Shown piece after piece: positions 29,086 to 42,563 of a DNA stretch of 64,000 nt. Position 1 is the stretch's first letter. Each line of letters begins with the position of its first letter. The stretch comes from Octopus bimaculoides (Eukaryota): assembly GCF_001194135.2 (NCBI RefSeq), contig NC_068982.1, positions 128,462,269-128,526,268 on the forward strand. Reading direction: 5' to 3'. A model generated the notes under the pieces. The model was not told the DNA's origin and searched no databases. It saw nothing but the letters and a program-made list of their open reading frames with translations. A program made the translations under genes and the position numbers.

Positions 29086-31818
29086 NNNNNNNNNNNNNNN
29101 NNNNNNNNNNNNNNNNNNNNNNNNNNNNNNNNNNNNNNNNNNNNNNNNNNNNNNNNNNNNNNNNNNNNNNNNNNNNNNNNNNNNNNNNNNNNNNNNNNNN
29201 NNNNNNNNNNNNNNNNNNNNNNNNNNNNNNNNNNNNNNNNNNNNNNNNNNNNNNNNNNNNNNNNNNNNNNNNNNNNNNNNNNNNNNNNNNNNNNNNNNNN
29301 NNNNNNNNNNNNNNNNNNNNNNNNNNNNNNNNNNNNNNNNNNNNNNNNNNNNNNNNNNNNNNNNNNNNNNNNNNNNNNNNNNNNNNNNNNNNNNNNNNNN
29401 NNNNNNNNNNNNNNNNNNNNNNNNNNNNNNNNNNNNNNNNNNNNNNNNNNNNNNNNNNNNNNNNNNNNNNNNNNNNNNNNNNNNNNNNNNNNNNNNNNNN
29501 NNNNNNNNNNNNNNNNNNNNNNNNNNNNNNNNNNNNNNNNNNNNNNNNNNNNNNNNNNNNNNNNTATGAGCAAAATACTTTTTTTGAATGCTTAACTGTG
29601 CAGAAAAGTGCAGAAAATTCTAGTGCCTCCAAATTTATTGATGGTGATTCGCTTAAGTGATAACTGTGCATTCTAAAACCAATTTAGTGCCAGAACATAA
29701 GTAGCAATGAAGTAGAATTAAAAAAAAAAAAGAATTGACAGAACTACCTTTAAATTTAATCCTGAGTAAAATATACAATTGAGGAACTTAAAAGGAAACT
29801 GCAGGAAAGAAGCCTTGCTCGCATATTATATACAAACACACAAATATGTGTGTGTGTGTGTGTATGTGTGTGTGTGTGTGTATTTTCCTTCATCATTATT
29901 TAAACAAGAAAGGTTGTTCACATATTATTAATCTTGATTAATATACTGCCTTTAAATGCATCTTCATTGATGTAGATTTATTCTATAAATTTAAGTAGAA
30001 TACTATTATAAATAATGAAAGAGATATGCTAACATAAGTAAGTATCACGTGTTCAGTATCAAATAGACTCATCAAATATATGTGAGTGTAAGTGAGTGCT
30101 GTGGAACATACTGAAATGAATGTTGTTGAAATGATTAACATGCTCATTCCACCAGGATAAGGGACCTGATGGTGGAGGCATATAATAATGATAACTTGAT
30201 GTAAACCTTCAGTTAAATGCTGTGTCATTACAGAATATAGACAAGCTTAGTATTATGAAAAAGTGTTGATTATATTCTAGTGAAGTGAACAAACCATAGA
30301 GAACTCACAAATCACCTGCATAGATCACTTGAAACTTTCTGAAAATCTTGAATAAATATAAAATACAAAGGAAAATAAGAATATATTTGAAGCTAGCCTT
30401 AGAAATTTATATAGAAATCAAACCAGTCTATAGAAGCAGCAAAATTTCAGTATCTATTTTTTCTCTGTTATTACAAGTTGAAATAAGACATATATATATA
30501 GAATAATGGCTTTTATATTATGTTTTGAATAACCTAAGAAAAAAATAAATAATAGTGATTTATGTAAATGAAAGAACATGAAGTCTATACTAACATCTTA
30601 ATGTGATTGTTATGTTAGAACTTTGAAACAGAATAAAAGATACAGAATGATACTAATCACTTCAGGAGATGCACTTACAATTTGCATGTCAGTTGTATAT
30701 TTAATGCTTCTTCATAATTTTTTAGCAATAAAGTTTGTAAAAATTTTGTTTTACCAATCCTAAAATTAAACTTGAAACCACTTAAAATTATTTTAAAACC
30801 TCTTAAAAACCTTCAAAGTAACTTGTGTGAACATAACTTCACATTGTGTAGCTTAATGTTGTTAACGTTGCTGGAGAGTTCATTACTACATGACATTGCA
30901 ATCCAGTCAATTTTAATTAGACATACTACAGTAGAATAACTGTTATATCGTGAAACTTTTCTACAGTAAAGCTATTGGTTATTTATCAGATACCATAAGA
31001 TGCAGTACAACACTCATCCTTAGGTGATTACATTAACACTATCAAGAAAGATATAGCAGAATTTATTTGCTAATGAAAATTTTCCTTAAGTTGATTACAT
31101 ATTCCTTAGGAAAATATTCCAAGATTCTATTAATATTATTCCCTTTATGAACTGTATTCACATATTTATTAGTATTCTCTAACTTATACCAAATCTTTAG
31201 TTTTACTGCAAGACAAAAAATACTCTACATTTCCTATCCTAGCCAGTCTTTTGTAATCTTTAAGACTATGGACATTTCTAAGGTTATTTATTTAAATGAA
31301 GTAATTATGCATTCATTTATTCATGGAAAAATAACCCAGTAGCTTCATGTCTTTAACAGATTACATTGTTGTGTATTGATATTAATACCATTCTAAAAAG
31401 GGTTACTTTGCATAGAAATAAGGTTACATATTTTACAACTTCAGTGGTCCTTTTACCAAAAGCTATCATTCTTTGATCACTTGGGGATAATAAGTGATAT
31501 ATTCTTCTAGACTCTATTATGAGTGACAACATATCAAAAGCATATATCCATATATTGAATCTAGCAGAATGCAAGTGGGTGCATTTTCATTTAATTTACA
31601 AGCTTGCTAAAACAACCACTTTAACATATTCTCTATAAAAAAGTTTAACAAAGACACAACACATTCCATTGTTTATGCGTGGGGTATACTTAAGTTAAAG
31701 CTATAACTGTTTATTTGAAGTAATGAAGTTTCTTAGTGTTAATTGTTTTTTGTTTTTAAACTTTAGCTTGCAGAAACTATTAAATGAACCTTTATTTTTA
31801 TCTTTAATATCTCTACAG

Positions 31819-31864
31819 TTCAATGAGTACTTCTATTATCTTCATTACCAGTCAACTACAGAAG
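31819..31864 (+). other. Candidate 46-bp plus-strand exon
   Basis: tttaatatctctacag| ... CAGAAG|gttagt. Two open frames (SMSTSIIFITSQLQK or FNEYFYYLHYQSTTE). Confidence 0.3.
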
Positions 31865-34800
31865 GTTAGTTTCTGGCAACAAGCAAATCAATATTTTAAT
31901 AATTTGATATAAAATACTACAGATAAGTTTCGACTTGCAGTCTCCATACCGTTTAATATTTTACTCTAGTTCCAAGATTTAGAACTAGACTGAAGTCTAC
32001 AATCTATTTTTAGGTAAGGAATACCTCTTAAGAGATAAAAATGAATTACAATTGACAAAGATAACTAAGATTAGAGAAAGCAATGATACATTTTTTTTTT
32101 TACTTGAGAATGAAACATTAATAAAGTCATTGAATCAAAAGGCTATTGATGAAAGAAAATGAGAAAAGGAAAAAATTCAATAAATATATCTTTGATAGTA
32201 TTTGTTGAACAGGGAAATCTTTCTTCTTGTAAACTGAGATGGTATCTTAATGAATGAAATTGAAATTTTTGGTAGCAATAAATAAAAATGGTTTCAATAT
32301 TTAAGAAGCTTGAGCTCTGTACAGAAACAACAACATTGTCATAAATATGTCTCACTTGGAGGATAGGGAAGCTCCCCTGTTGGCTAATTTAAAATAGGAT
32401 ATGTCTGGAAGTTTCTAAAGTTAATTGTGTTTTTAATGTTTAATTAATGACTACATCTCAATTACAGTCAATGTTATTTTGATGAAATATAATTATCTCT
32501 TTCTTCTTGAAAAAGAAGAGGAAATACATCTTGGATATTAATGAGAGAAATGTGTCTTGGGTAATAGAGCTACTGATGCATGCATTTCTCTTCCCCTGTA
32601 TACTTAAGGAAGATTTAAGACTATTAATGAAAGATTCACCACTGATTTAGTGCTCTTATTCATTATACTGGTGAGCTTGCCTGCACATGTTACCAATTTA
32701 TAGACAATCAAAGTAAGAATTAAGTGCCTATGCTATTGACACTACAGGACTATTGATGGATAATAAAGGAGAAATTTTGACAGATAGATAGGCATTTTCA
32801 TGCCTCAGCTTGCTGCAATTCTCTCACTTAAAATAAAACTCTCCTTAACTTTAAATAACTACTTCTTAAAGTAGAAAATAAAACGAAAAAATTCAATGTT
32901 TGTCTTAATTGCTGTTGATGGTTTGTAATATGATACTGAATATCAGTGTTATTAATAGGAGATAAATGTTATGTAAGTTAATTCATTCAAACATGTGGCG
33001 AGGTAAACACACCAACTACAAACAAAATAAGCAATGCAAAAGAGGATCGTGGAAGATCTAAAAAGAAATCATGTAAGGTTTCATGCATACTAAAACTTAC
33101 TGCTTGCAAAAATGTGGTTTTGATTTCATATCATACACCATGTCATAGTTATTAAATTTCAAGAAAATCTTTAGAAAATAGGTTGTGAAACTATATGCTA
33201 TTACATATCTTTTTCTTTTATGAGTAACTTGATATAAGATCTCACATATTTGATGACATTCAGTTAGCTTGTAAATATGATATAATTATTTCTTAGCTAG
33301 AATTTGATATATGTATTTATGTCCTGTTAGTTTGTTTAATAACATACACATATAAATATACAATTAATTTGCTAACTTCCTATTGGTAAAAATTAAGCAT
33401 CTTAAAGTAATTTGTTCTTTTAAGGAAATCTAAAATATTTGTTATTAACAAAACAAAATGATTGAAAATTTATGTATAAAAGTGTTAGCTTGGCCTCAGT
33501 TATTTTGCTGAGTAAAAATTCTTAATAGCTGATAATTAGAAACTACAGATAGGGGAGATGGCTAAAATCCAATGAAAGATGTGAAATTTAGAAGCACTAA
33601 GTGGAAAATAACTGTACTTTTATAATGCTATACACCAGTAAATAGTGTCTTTATATTAGTCAGAACTTAAACATGACATGTTATTTCTTGCTGGTGGTAA
33701 TAATACTGGAAACGATGACTGTAAAAGAATCATTAACTAGCCATTATGCAAAAAAGTCTATTTTCTGGTAAAACATTGAGAATCTGATTCCTAAAACTCT
33801 ATCAGAGAAGAACAGATTTGAAGAAACATTAAAATTTTGTTGACAGTTTGTTGGCAACTTAACATGTATCATAACAATGTCTAGCTTTAAGCCAGAGAAG
33901 CAAAATGATCTGATTTGAAATAGGAACATAAAAATATCTACATTCTTCATCAAGGTATAGGCAGTAATTCATCTAAAATACCACTCTATCATTAAACATA
34001 TTTTTAGAGAAATATAATTTATGTACTTCTACAGACCAGGTCATAAATATTTTGTTTTCATCTGTGACTAGAAACTATCTATTCATCATCCACTCTCTAG
34101 TTTATCAACTCTAGTTTATCTACAACAAAATATACTCAGGTCAATATCATTCTATGACAGTATTTACTAAAACCTCACAATGAAGTTATCTGCATTCTGA
34201 AGTTTTATCCATAATCTCAAGCCATGATATATACATTGCTCACAAGCAAAATATATAATTCATTTGTCTCAACACAACTATTTTTTCATTCAGTGGTGTA
34301 GAACAGAAAAATACTCACTACCTTCATATTACAATTGAGTACTTGGTGTTTCACTAGCACATGCATACACACATGCACACACACACTCACGCACGCACAC
34401 ACACACACACACACACCACACACACACCACACACACACCACACACACACCACACACACACACCACACACATACATGTATTTGTTCATCCATTCATATCAT
34501 AGGAGCATGGTAATCAAAATATAATAGGAATGATAAAAATATAAGCCTCTGAATGGGTATTTTCCCCCCTTAATTTAAGCAAAAAATGGTTCATACCTAA
34601 TTTGGCTAGTCTTACTTATGGAAGTGATAAGAATAATTAACTTACTCAGTTATTCCTGAACCCATAGCTTGCAAATGCAACATTAGAAACGTTTTTTTAG
34701 TTGAAATATTTCTTCTTTTTTTACTATAAATCACTCAACTGTGAAGTAACTGTAGAAGCTCTTTATCAGAGGCATAAACTTAAGTGAACAAAACTATCTG

Positions 34801-36031
34801 GCTGGCCTTGGAGCTCAGTGAAATGATTGTGTTAAGATATGTTATCTGTCATCTAGCACCTTAACTGAGACCAGTGTGTCTTCTAAAATTTTAAGACAAT
34901 CGAAAGCCAAGAAATTATATAAGCAAAATTATTTAACTTTCTGTATACACGGTAAATATTATCAAAATTTACAAACAGAATATTTACATTAAATTTGTCT
35001 TAGATGTTGATTTTTACTCTAATTAGGAAATACATTAATTTCTATTTATTTATTCAGACATATTATTTAATATTATTTCTTATGAAATTTAAAATTCACT
35101 TATTCAGAAGTAGATCATTTTTATGTAATGTACAGTATTTCTACAACTTCAAGTAATCCTGTCACAATAATGGAGAGAGTTTATATCATTAGTGCACAAT
35201 TCATTGTTACAAAGAATGTATTGTAATTGTTGTTGATGTTGTTGCTGTTAAGTAGGCTTTCATAAAGCAAAGTAGTTGGTGAAATAAATGTCGTGAGCAG
35301 TTAATCAAATAATATAAATATTCTTACATAGAAAAGTACTTTAGAGAAATAGATTGTAATTTTAATGACATAAACCTATTTCTTTAAAAAACTTTTCCTG
35401 ATACTTTAGCAGAAATTGCTAACCAACTAGAATTAACTCAGTTTCACTTTAATTCTTTTTTAGTAATAAAATAATAGCAACTTAAAACAAAATCTTCCTT
35501 TAGTTGTTTTTAATTGATAAACATTTCTTAAATATTAGAATATGTTGTGAAATTTTGCATTAGTTTCTATATTTAGAGCAAATTATTGTGTAACTATTAT
35601 GCTTAATAGAATTAAAGTAATGAGAGTACTTCATTAATTATAGATTGTTTATCAGTTACCTTCAGGATTTATCTAATGGTAGTTCTTGGAGACTGTTAAG
35701 GAGAAAACTAATGGGGTTTTTTTTCTACAAACTGAGAGTAGGATAAGCAACAGAAAAGGTGTCTCAGAGTAACATGCAGAAGACTGGAAAATAAAATATC
35801 TATGGAAATATGCATGATGTTACATAAGGTGAAGTGGATCTGTTTTACTAAGAATAAATAAACTGATATTCAGTCAATAATTTTAAAACTGCAACAAGTT
35901 TGCTTTGGTATAAAAAGGAACATTCAGTTTTCAGAGAAAAGATTATTTTGTGAATGGAAGTAAGAGATGGTTTTACAAATATGAAAAAGGAAGGTTTTTC
36001 TTTTTTATTTTTTTTTTTTTACAAATTGTAG

Positions 36032-36050
36032 TCATTTGAAAACACTCCAG
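36032..36050 (+). other. Candidate 19-bp plus-strand micro-exon (TCATTTGAAAACACTCCAG)
   Basis: Long poly-T tract, ...acaaattgtag| acceptor and a perfect CAG|gtaagt donor. Confidence 0.4.
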
Positions 36051-38279
36051 GTAAGTGAAACAATCTACAATTGAAATTCTCAAGACTCATTGGCTCTTCT
36101 GTTGACATTACCATATTTGCTCAGACCTATTAAAAGTGCTTATTTCTTCAGGATATATTGGTAGTTAGAAAAGTTTTTCATTTTAATAGCTGAACCTATT
36201 TACTTTCTAGACATTTTCTTTTACATTCTAGAGTATTTTATTCCCATTGAATATTGATTCTAAATATCTATGCATTTAGGATAAATAAACTCTTTAAGAT
36301 TAATCAATAACAGAAAATACCTGAATGGAATAGTGAATCATATGATTTTTACCCTACTCCAAGAGTGTTTCTACTTCATATCCAATTGAAAAACTTACAT
36401 CCGTAGTTGAATACTTTATAAAAAATATATTTACTAATCATATTTCTCATCAAAGGAATCTATTGATTAAAAGTTAAAACTCATTTCAGTGACAATTATT
36501 AAAGTGCAAAGTTTTAACTAAAACACATTTTAGCTTTAAAGTTTTTATCTTTGGTATACAGTCAGAGTGACATAGCTATATCAAATGATTTTCAGAGGAG
36601 AACTGTAATTTTGACTCATTAGTATGAATGGTTAAATTTAATTAAAAAGCATTATTTTATAATTTATATGTTAACAATATAAAATAATATTATTTTAATA
36701 TTTTCAAAATGTTTATTTTAAATCTCAGGATAAGGGGAATTGAAAAGTGTTATTAATATTCTTCAGCAATTTCAATTTAATAATTAATATCTTCTGTTGC
36801 ATATGAGTCGAAGATTATATTATGAAATCAAAATGTTTTCACCTTTACAAGCTGATATCCCTCTTCTTATCAAAATTAAGGAAAATATAACAAATAACTT
36901 TTAAGCTGTTACCTGAAAGTTTTAATTACATGTTTTTGATGTTATCTATTTCATAAGCAAATTTCTTATGTAGATAAGGAAAACAATAACAATATTATTA
37001 TTAGAGAAATAAAAGAAATATCTCTAATACATTTTATAGTTACATGAATGATGTGGAATTTATGGAAAGTACACATTCATGAGATATCATGTTTTAGAGA
37101 CTAATTTATGATGCAAAATGGAAGATGTTATGTGGATGTTATTTATCTATTAGTATTGTGCATCTAGTTTAAATATAGCTTCCAATGATGCAGATTTATC
37201 AGTGAGATGAGCATACTCTGGGACATTGGTAATATAAATTAAATGAAATAGTGGCAATAAAGAATCAGAATCACCTCACAAACTCAATCCACCAGGAACC
37301 CACTACAATTCTACAATGCTTGCCTTTAACGCTAAGCACAATATCAAACTATTCCAGTGAATGGAACTCTGATGTTGCTGTTTCTCCCTACATTAGCTCT
37401 GATCAAATTGAACTACATTCAAAAGACTTTTCAGCTGTGGCCATCCTGCCTCTTTGTTTTTCTGATACAATGTCTCTGTAATCACATTATTGAATGTGTC
37501 ACATAAAGACTACTTCAACTTGTAAACATTGGCCCTTTTGTTTATAATGCTGTACTACACAGTCTGTATTCTAAGTATTTGAGAGCCGAGTTATGCTGTC
37601 TTCCCGAAGTCACAATACATTATTGGTAACACAATAAGAACCATCAACTGTTCAAAGTATTAAGCCAATAATAACTCAACCAGCAGTGACTATTGAAAAA
37701 CATTCAATAGATTCTCAAAGGCATGTTTAAAATATTTTATAGTAGACTGTTTAAACTTCAGGTAAGAAGAAATTTTTAAGAATATCTTTATTTCTTAGAT
37801 TTGTATTTTTCATCTACCATTTTAAAATTCTAAATTGGAACCCTCATACAACACTAGAAACTGTACATTGATGCAAGAAGATTTATATAAAGTACTGAAA
37901 TAAGTAAAAGCATTATTTTCTCAAAAGTTCAATGATATAAAGACAGCAGTTGTATTTTGTATGTAAGAAGAAGACACTGGCTAATATTGTGGAGCTGTAC
38001 AACAAATAGTTGCTCCACTATTTCAATAAACTGGCAATGTATTGGTATTCGCATAGACACAGTATATTTGATTACCAATCAATACAAGGACATCATATGA
38101 TGGTCCATTAGAAGAATAAATAGAAAAGAAACATAGTCATCACTCACAAGAGAATACAATTTGATAACATGTTTTTGCAAATATGTTTTAGACACCTATG
38201 CAGTTGAAAGCAGACATAGACATAGACATGTACTCTTTTACCATTGGACCAGCAGAACATCCAGGATATGATAACTGAG

Positions 38280-38430
38280 AGAAAGAGACTACACCAGCGC
38301 TCAGCTGGTATTTGTTTCAACTGAATAGACTGAAGCAATGGGAAATGAAGTGTCTTGCTACCCAGTCCAGGAATCAAATTCACAACTTTATAATCACAGC
38401 TGAATCTCCTAACCACAAGGTATGTACCTT
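38280..38430 (-). mobile_element. tRNA-headed SINE fragment (family C-like)
   Basis: Reverse strand gtggttaggagattc...gtgaatttgattcc...agcaagacacttcatttc. Confidence 0.6.
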
Positions 38431-39252
38431 CACATAAGGAGAATAACCGAAGTAGATAATCTTAGTATGCTCATGCAGTAAGAATTAAATGATAAAACAA
38501 GTGAACAATGACAGAGAGAAGTAGAAAAAGAAGTTTGTCTTATGCCAGCAAACTTAGCTAAAAAAATTCTTGTTAAAAGAAATAGTCATGACACAAGTTG
38601 GTGAGAAGCTATTTCATAGACCAGTCAAATTAATAGGGAGAAGATAATCCTAACACCTCTACAATTCTATGATAGTTTTTGTTGTGTCAGTAAAGTAGGT
38701 ACTCTGCAACTATGATTAATTTTATTTACTTGTCTTTAGTTTTAATCTTAAATAAAATAAATTAGTTGTTCTATAACTGGATTTTGATTCGCTTTGAACT
38801 GAATGTGTCTATTACTTCAAGGGTGCAAACACTGTAGTCCATAAAATAGAAAATATAGACAATTAATTTCTTAGAATACCATAGGACTACAAATTTGTAT
38901 GGGAGGATGATTATAAAAATATCAAACCAACTATTGATACATTTATTTTCACCAGTCCATGCTGAAAAGTAAATTCAATCCAGGAAGAATTTGAACTAAG
39001 ATTGTAGATGTTCAAAGCAATATACAGATAAGCATTTCATCAAATAATATACTGTTCTACTCCTTCTACCATTCAATTTCCTTTGTTTATCTATAATGCT
39101 CAAAACGTGTTTATTCTATATATCAACCAAAGATTTCATTTTAGATATACATGTTAGATAAGTTAGATATAAGTGTGTACTATAATAACTAGAAAGTGTG
39201 CATACTAGAATTAAAAGACAAAAACTAAATTTCAGTATGCATACATACATTC

Positions 39253-39330
<78 letters not shown>

Positions 39331-40222
39331 CTTATAAATTGATGAAGAGATTGAGTTTATTTGCAGTGAAGAGATAACTAAAAGTTGAATGCTATATGCA
39401 TGATATATTAGAATCTGGTAAAAATGGATAAGATCTATATAAGAAACTATTAAAAGTTAGTCAATCATAGAAGACACTAGAATGATTGAAGCAAATGATT
39501 CAAACTGACTTTAAAGCCCGATAAAATGAAATGAAGAAATTTTTAAACAAAGAATGAGTGAGTCTAAGCTGCAAAACATGGATGATTATGATGACTTACT
39601 GATTGTGGCATTGATAGTGGTAATGATGGTGGGACAGTGGGTGGAATTATGAAAGAAATGCTAACAGTAGCAGTGATGAGGAAAATCAGATGATAATGAT
39701 GATGGTGGTAGTGGTAGTGGTGATGTTGTTGTTGTTGGTGGTGGTGGTGATGATGATGAAGTATTTTTCTAAATTGCAATCTAGACGTGCTGTGACTTGC
39801 TGAAAGTGATAAATTTTCTTATAAACACATCTTAGATACAAAAAAAAAAAGGTCTATTTATAGCCCTATATCCTCTTTTATAGGAAGTAATGTTATGATT
39901 CCTTATATATTAACCTATTTCTGAGATGTCTACATATAATTATGATGAGATAGAAGGATGTCATGTAGATTTAGTCTTCAGTAATGTTCCTGACATTCTT
40001 CAGCCTTATTTATAGACTTCAAATCCACTTAGCATTTCTTACACAGATGAAGGGGCACTACCTGAAATATTAAAAATTCTCTTCTTCTCATGTCACACAA
40101 ACTTATTTGGCAGAGAATAGTTTTTCTAAATGTTAACATATTTCATGTTTGTATATATATATGTAGATATATATATATATATAAAAGATAATAAGAGTGA
40201 AAAAACTATATATATATATATA

Positions 40223-41097
40223 NNNNNNNNNNNNNNNNNNNNNNNNNNNNNNNNNNNNNNNNNNNNNNNNNNNNNNNNNNNNNNNNNNNNNNNNNNNNNN
40301 NNNNNNNNNNNNNNNNNNNNNNNNNNNNNNNNNNNNNNNNNNNNNNNNNNNNNNNNNNNNNNNNNNNNNNNNNNNNNNNNNNNNNNNNNNNNNNNNNNNN
40401 NNNNNNNNNNNNNNNNNNNNNNNNNNNNNNNNNNNNNNNNNNNNNNNNNNNNNNNNNNNNNNNNNNNNNNNNNNNNNNNNNNNNNNNNNNNNNNNNNNNN
40501 NNNNNNNNNNNNNNNNNNNNNNNNNNNNNNNNNNNNNNNNNNNNNNNNNNNNNNNNNNNNNNNNNNNNNNNNNNNNNNNNNNNNNNNNNNNNNNNNNNNN
40601 NNNNNNNNNNNNNNNNNNNNNNNNNNNNNNNNNNNNNNNNNNNNNNNNNNNNNNNNNNNNNNNNNNNNNNNNNNNNNNNNNNNNNNNNNNNNNNNNNNNN
40701 NNNNNNNNNNNNNNNNNNNNNNNNNNNNNNNNNNNNNNNNNNNNNNNNNNNNNNNNNNNNNNNNNNNNNNNNNNNNNNNNNNNNNNNNNNNNNNNNNNNN
40801 NNNNNNNNNNNNNNNNNNNNNNNNNNNNNNNNNNNNNNNNNNNNNNNNNNNNNNNNNNNNNNNNNNNNNNNNNNNNNNNNNNNNNNNNNNNNNNNNNNNN
40901 NNNNNNNNNNNNNNNNNNNNNNNNNNNNNNNNNNNNNNNNNNNNNNNNNNNNNNNNNNNNNNNNNNNNNNNNNNNNNNNNNNNNNNNNNNNNNNNNNNNN
41001 NNNNNNNNNNNNNNNNNNNNNNNNNNNNNNNNNNNNNNNNNNNNNNNNNNNNNNNNNNNNNNNNNNNNNNNNNNNNNNNNNNNNNNNNNNNNNNNNN
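40223..41097. other. Largest assembly gap; others at 9892-10068, 11041-11139, 16894-17123, 23010-23301, 24188-24197, 29086-29564, 51243-51922, 61470-61753
   Basis: N runs, most flanked by dinucleotide microsatellites. Confidence 0.99.
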
Positions 41098-41297
41098 GTT
41101 CAGTTATAATAAATACAATTTAATATTACACTGAAGAATTATTCAATACTTTTCGTGAGAATACATATTTCTTATACTTTTACAAGCAGAGTGTTGACAA
41201 GGATTTTGATGATTTGGTCTGATAGCCTTCACTGGACTGTAGCAAGCACGTTGAAACTTTGAAATCACTGTCATCTGACTTCTTACAACAATATCAA

Positions 41298-41349
<52 letters not shown>

Positions 41350-42133
41350 ACGTGCGTGCATGTGTGCATGTGCACATGTACATGTGTGTGTGCATGCATG
41401 CATGTTTATGTGTGTGTGTGTTTATATGTATGTATACACACACACAAAATGCCTTACCTCTTAATTTGCCAATTATGCAACTTAAAAAGATCTAAATATT
41501 AATTATCAACCAAGCTGTGGCATCTGTAGCATATTTGCTTTTATTCATCTTTTGTCAAATCAAATTGCTGTCTCAAAAATTAAGCAGCAACATTAGAATT
41601 CACCTCGTTTCATGGTGCACGTTTTTCTATGGCTCAGTGGAATGTGATATTGACCAGCAACATGACTTTCAAAATCAAATAAGCTTCTATTTCTATGCTA
41701 AGAAACTTCATAGAATATTACTGAGGGCTTCTGGGTGTTTTCTTTTGCTAAAATATCAGATTAACGTTGCTTTTGAAGTTTACATAACTGTAAAGGCATT
41801 CAATCTGCCTGTTTAATGGTGGCTTCATTGTAAAAGAAACCTTCATTGGAAATCCAAATTTACTGCCAGGTATCTCCATTTGGAAAAGGATTTAAAACAG
41901 CTGCTTTTTACATTTGTGCTTTTTGATATATCTTTGAGAAGTTATATCACCTCACCTTACCTCACCTCACCTTTCTATAAATTTTCAAAGACGAATTTGA
42001 AAAGATATTGAACACTATTTCGTTTTGATAGTCTGCTTTGCCTAACAAATCTAGCAATAAATTCAAATACTCTATTCAGAAGTTTTAAAAAAGGGAACTA
42101 AAATCTCTGGTGTTTAATGAGCGCCTTGTATAA

Positions 42134-42230
42134 AGTATGTATGTATGTATGTATGTATGTATGTATGTATGTATGTATGTATGTATGTATGTATGCATGC
42201 ATGCATGCATGTATGTATGTATGTATGTAT
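42134..42230. repeat. (GTAT)n/(GCAT)n tetranucleotide array; (GATA)n at about 2655-2697 and 20977-21030
   Basis: Direct reading. Confidence 0.93.
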
Positions 42231-42531
42231 GCACATGTGTGGGCATGTGCATGTATATTGTCAACCTTTTTCGTGAAAAAATAAATAGATATGTCCTCTA
42301 CTAAAATGCATTGAACGATCTTTTGGTTTAATGTTAAGTTGTTTTTATAGATAATTTTGCATAAAAACAAGCATTAATATATACATATGTGTATACATAC
42401 ATACATACATATACATATCTATATATATTTATATATATGTACATATGTATGTATATATATGTATATGTATACATATATATAAAAATATATAAATATGCAT
42501 ATATCTTTCTAGGTATTTATTGATATACTAG

Positions 42532-42563
<32 letters not shown>

